Below are positions 62,601 through 64,000 of a stretch of 64,000 bases of DNA, one piece after another. This DNA is from Ylistrum balloti (taxonomy: Eukaryota): positions 1,488,001 to 1,552,000 of the forward strand of contig NW_026782356.1 in the NCBI RefSeq assembly GCF_031769215.1, read 5' to 3'. A program made the position numbers and the translations under genes. The notes below the pieces were generated by a model. That model did not search any database. It had not been told where the DNA came from and saw only the letters and a program-made list of their open reading frames with translations. Every line of letters begins with the position of its first letter. Positions within the stretch are counted from its first letter, which is position 1.

Positions 62601-63512
62601 AATCAATGTAAACAACAATTTAGACAGATAATCCAGGCAGAGATACAAACCTTTTCATATGTCTCAGCTTCCTGATTCTCTTTAACAACTAGACTGGAAT
62701 GTGGGTGGGGCTTTTACGTCATCAATGGTTGAAAGGGACATTTTGATTGGCTAAAAACAAATTAGGGACCTTTTAAAACAAAATTGCACAGTTCTCAGTT
62801 TTTATTTAATTTTGTTCATACTGTGTTAATTACATTGTTTTTAGGCACAGATTATTTTAGAATAGACATGGTGTGTTTGTATGATGCATATACTGCAGAT
62901 TAGATCTTGATTTTGTCATTTTAACACTTGACTTTTTTTGTGTCGAAACAAATTCATGATCTTATCTCCAGTATCTGCTTAAAAACAAGCATTCTATCCC
63001 CTAAAATGCAATGTATATTTGTTATATTTTACACAAAAGGTGCATATTTTCTAGTTATTTGCACATTCTATTAATCCTTTACAGTAACTGTCGTAAATTG
63101 AATAAGTTCCTCAAGTTCATTGTTAAAAGTATTTAAATATTTTGAAAAATGTTTTCCAAGGATGGAGAAGTTGATCATTGATGGAATGTTGAAATAGGAA
63201 CCATCAACATATTAAACTAATTTGTAAACATTCCTTGGTAATTCATGGGTTACATGAAGAAGTTGTCCTACATATATTATCTGTGATGTTGTGCCTCCTA
63301 CTACTAGGTTACTTCTATTGTCGACAGACTGTTGTTAGAGCAATCATGTAATGTTCATCTTTGCTTATTCCTTCAGGCGTCAGGTCTAACCATTGTTGCA
63401 GACAAGTTGAACTTTCTGCGGTATATCTCTCATTTCCGCTGTATACACAGAGGTTCCTTCTTCGCAGAGATGAGAACCACTGCTGTCAGGAAAATGTTAC
63501 CAGAATCCTGGG
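50622..63512 (+). CDS. POLR1B: DNA-directed RNA polymerase I subunit RPA2 (second-largest subunit), partial: first exon unresolved, 3' part beyond the window
   Basis: 15 GT-AG exons with consistent phases: 50622-50699, 51344-51403, 52017-52091, 52603-52722, 54548-54613, 55178-55252, 55845-55943, 56580-56675, 57153-57229, 57552-57698, 59393-59446, 60843-60960, 61441-61537, 62185-62291, 63377-63512. Peptides [70 protein letters not shown] and [60 protein letters not shown] match RPA2/RPA135. Confidence 0.97.
53894..54033. mobile_element. MITE, 140 bp, second copy of the CAGGGCTCTC family (intronic in POLR1B)
   Basis: Same TIRs and internal sequence as 37053-37229, but shorter internally. Flanks are GTTTG / GTTTA (4/5 TSD match). 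Confidence 0.9.
57815..59340. repeat. Intronic minisatellite, ~45-bp G-rich unit (GATATTGTATAGAGAGTGGATGTGGATGTCAGGACTTTGGGTTGT), ~34 copies
   Basis: Directly visible. It lies between POLR1B exons 57698 and 59393 and explains the ORFs at 57826-59364. Confidence 0.97.
59793..60290 (+). mobile_element. HINE-like element (same family as 36268-36662), intronic in POLR1B
   Basis: 5' hairpin TAGCCCACCATCATCAGATGCTGGGCTA, GTCC-rich microsatellite-like segment, and repeated modules TTGATTTTGG..CTG.TCA.AAAAA. Confidence 0.7.
60508..60740 (+). mobile_element. tRNA-headed V-domain SINE remnant
   Basis: A-box TGGTGCAGTGG, degenerate B-box, central GTGGGTTTTCCCCGGGTACTTTGGTTTCCTCCCACA resembling the V-SINE conserved domain, and an AT-rich tail. 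Confidence 0.7.
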
Positions 63513-63576
63513 GTAAGAAGATATCTTGTAACTTGTGTGTTTAAAACAAATTGATCTGAAAGGGAAAAAAATCAAT

Positions 63577-63727
63577 CTGTTAAATAAATTTGTTGATTAA
63601 TGATATATTTTTATTTTTACATTTGCATGACAATGAAAGAAAAGTATACTGGAATAATCTGTAATCCCTGTTAAATAAATTTGTTGATTAATGATATATT
63701 TTTATTTTTACATTTGCATGACAATGT
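63577..63727. repeat. Local direct duplication of ~59 bp
   Basis: CTGTTAAATAAATTTGTTGATTAATGATATATTTTTATTTTTACATTTGCATGACAATG occurs twice, ~91 bp apart. Confidence 0.9.
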
Positions 63728-64000
63728 CATTATTTAAGTTAAGAGAGATTTGTGTACATAGGGTTAAGATGCCAAACATTATAAAATAGGTTTCGTTGCC
63801 ATGACAAACATCAGTGTTTAGGCAAGCTGTGGCCCTTGTGATTCAATTGTATTGACTCTCTTGATCATGAACAACATGTATTCCACCCATTCTGATTTCC
63901 AGAAATGCAGGCACATGCAGAATATGTCAATTACTCTCAGAATAACACTTTAACTTATCCATTGACTCGTTGCAGTGTGCGAGGGGTATTGGTCAGCTAC

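Noticed and set aside
63976-64000. TTGCAG acceptor near the window end as the next POLR1B exon
   Set aside because: The following sequence does not encode the expected (G)FLCPVHTPDG, so the next exon lies beyond the window.

Overview
AT-rich, intron-rich animal genomic DNA, most consistent with a bivalve mollusc. That taxon is inferred from the C1qDC gene, the Pif-like shell-matrix-type gene, bivalve-type TRIMs and HINE/V-SINE-like repeats. Six genes can be supported from the sequence: (1) a TRIM-type beta-propeller ORF with a 2-bp frameshift (+, 2775-3682); (2) a two-exon secreted C1q-domain gene (+, 5393-6498); (3) a minus-strand gene with at least 8 exons and a CBM14-CBM14-SUEL lectin-CBM14-LamG/ConA architecture, 5' end unresolved (9756-14265); (4, 5) two tandem minus-strand TRIM E3 ligases, each with an intronless CDS (RING-Bbox-coiled coil-Pro-rich linker-beta-propeller; 31967-34243 and 46449-48695); (6) the 5' part of POLR1B/RPA2 (+, 15 exons traced, 50622-63512, continuing past the window), apparently head-to-head with the second TRIM. 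Between them lie degraded Penelope-like, R2/HERO-like and CR1 retroelements, SINE remnants, MITE/HINE-like elements and several minisatellites. Best leads: both TRIM paralogues keep collinear PY (PPTY/LPTY) plus P(T/S)AP late-domain-like motifs in an otherwise diverged linker; the Pif-like gene carries a SUEL lectin exon among phase 1-1 chitin-binding exons; a 75-bp minisatellite is a tandemly amplified piece of CR1 RT coding sequence; and short CAG...CTG MITEs have 5-bp TSDs. All domain and family calls are by eye, with no database search.
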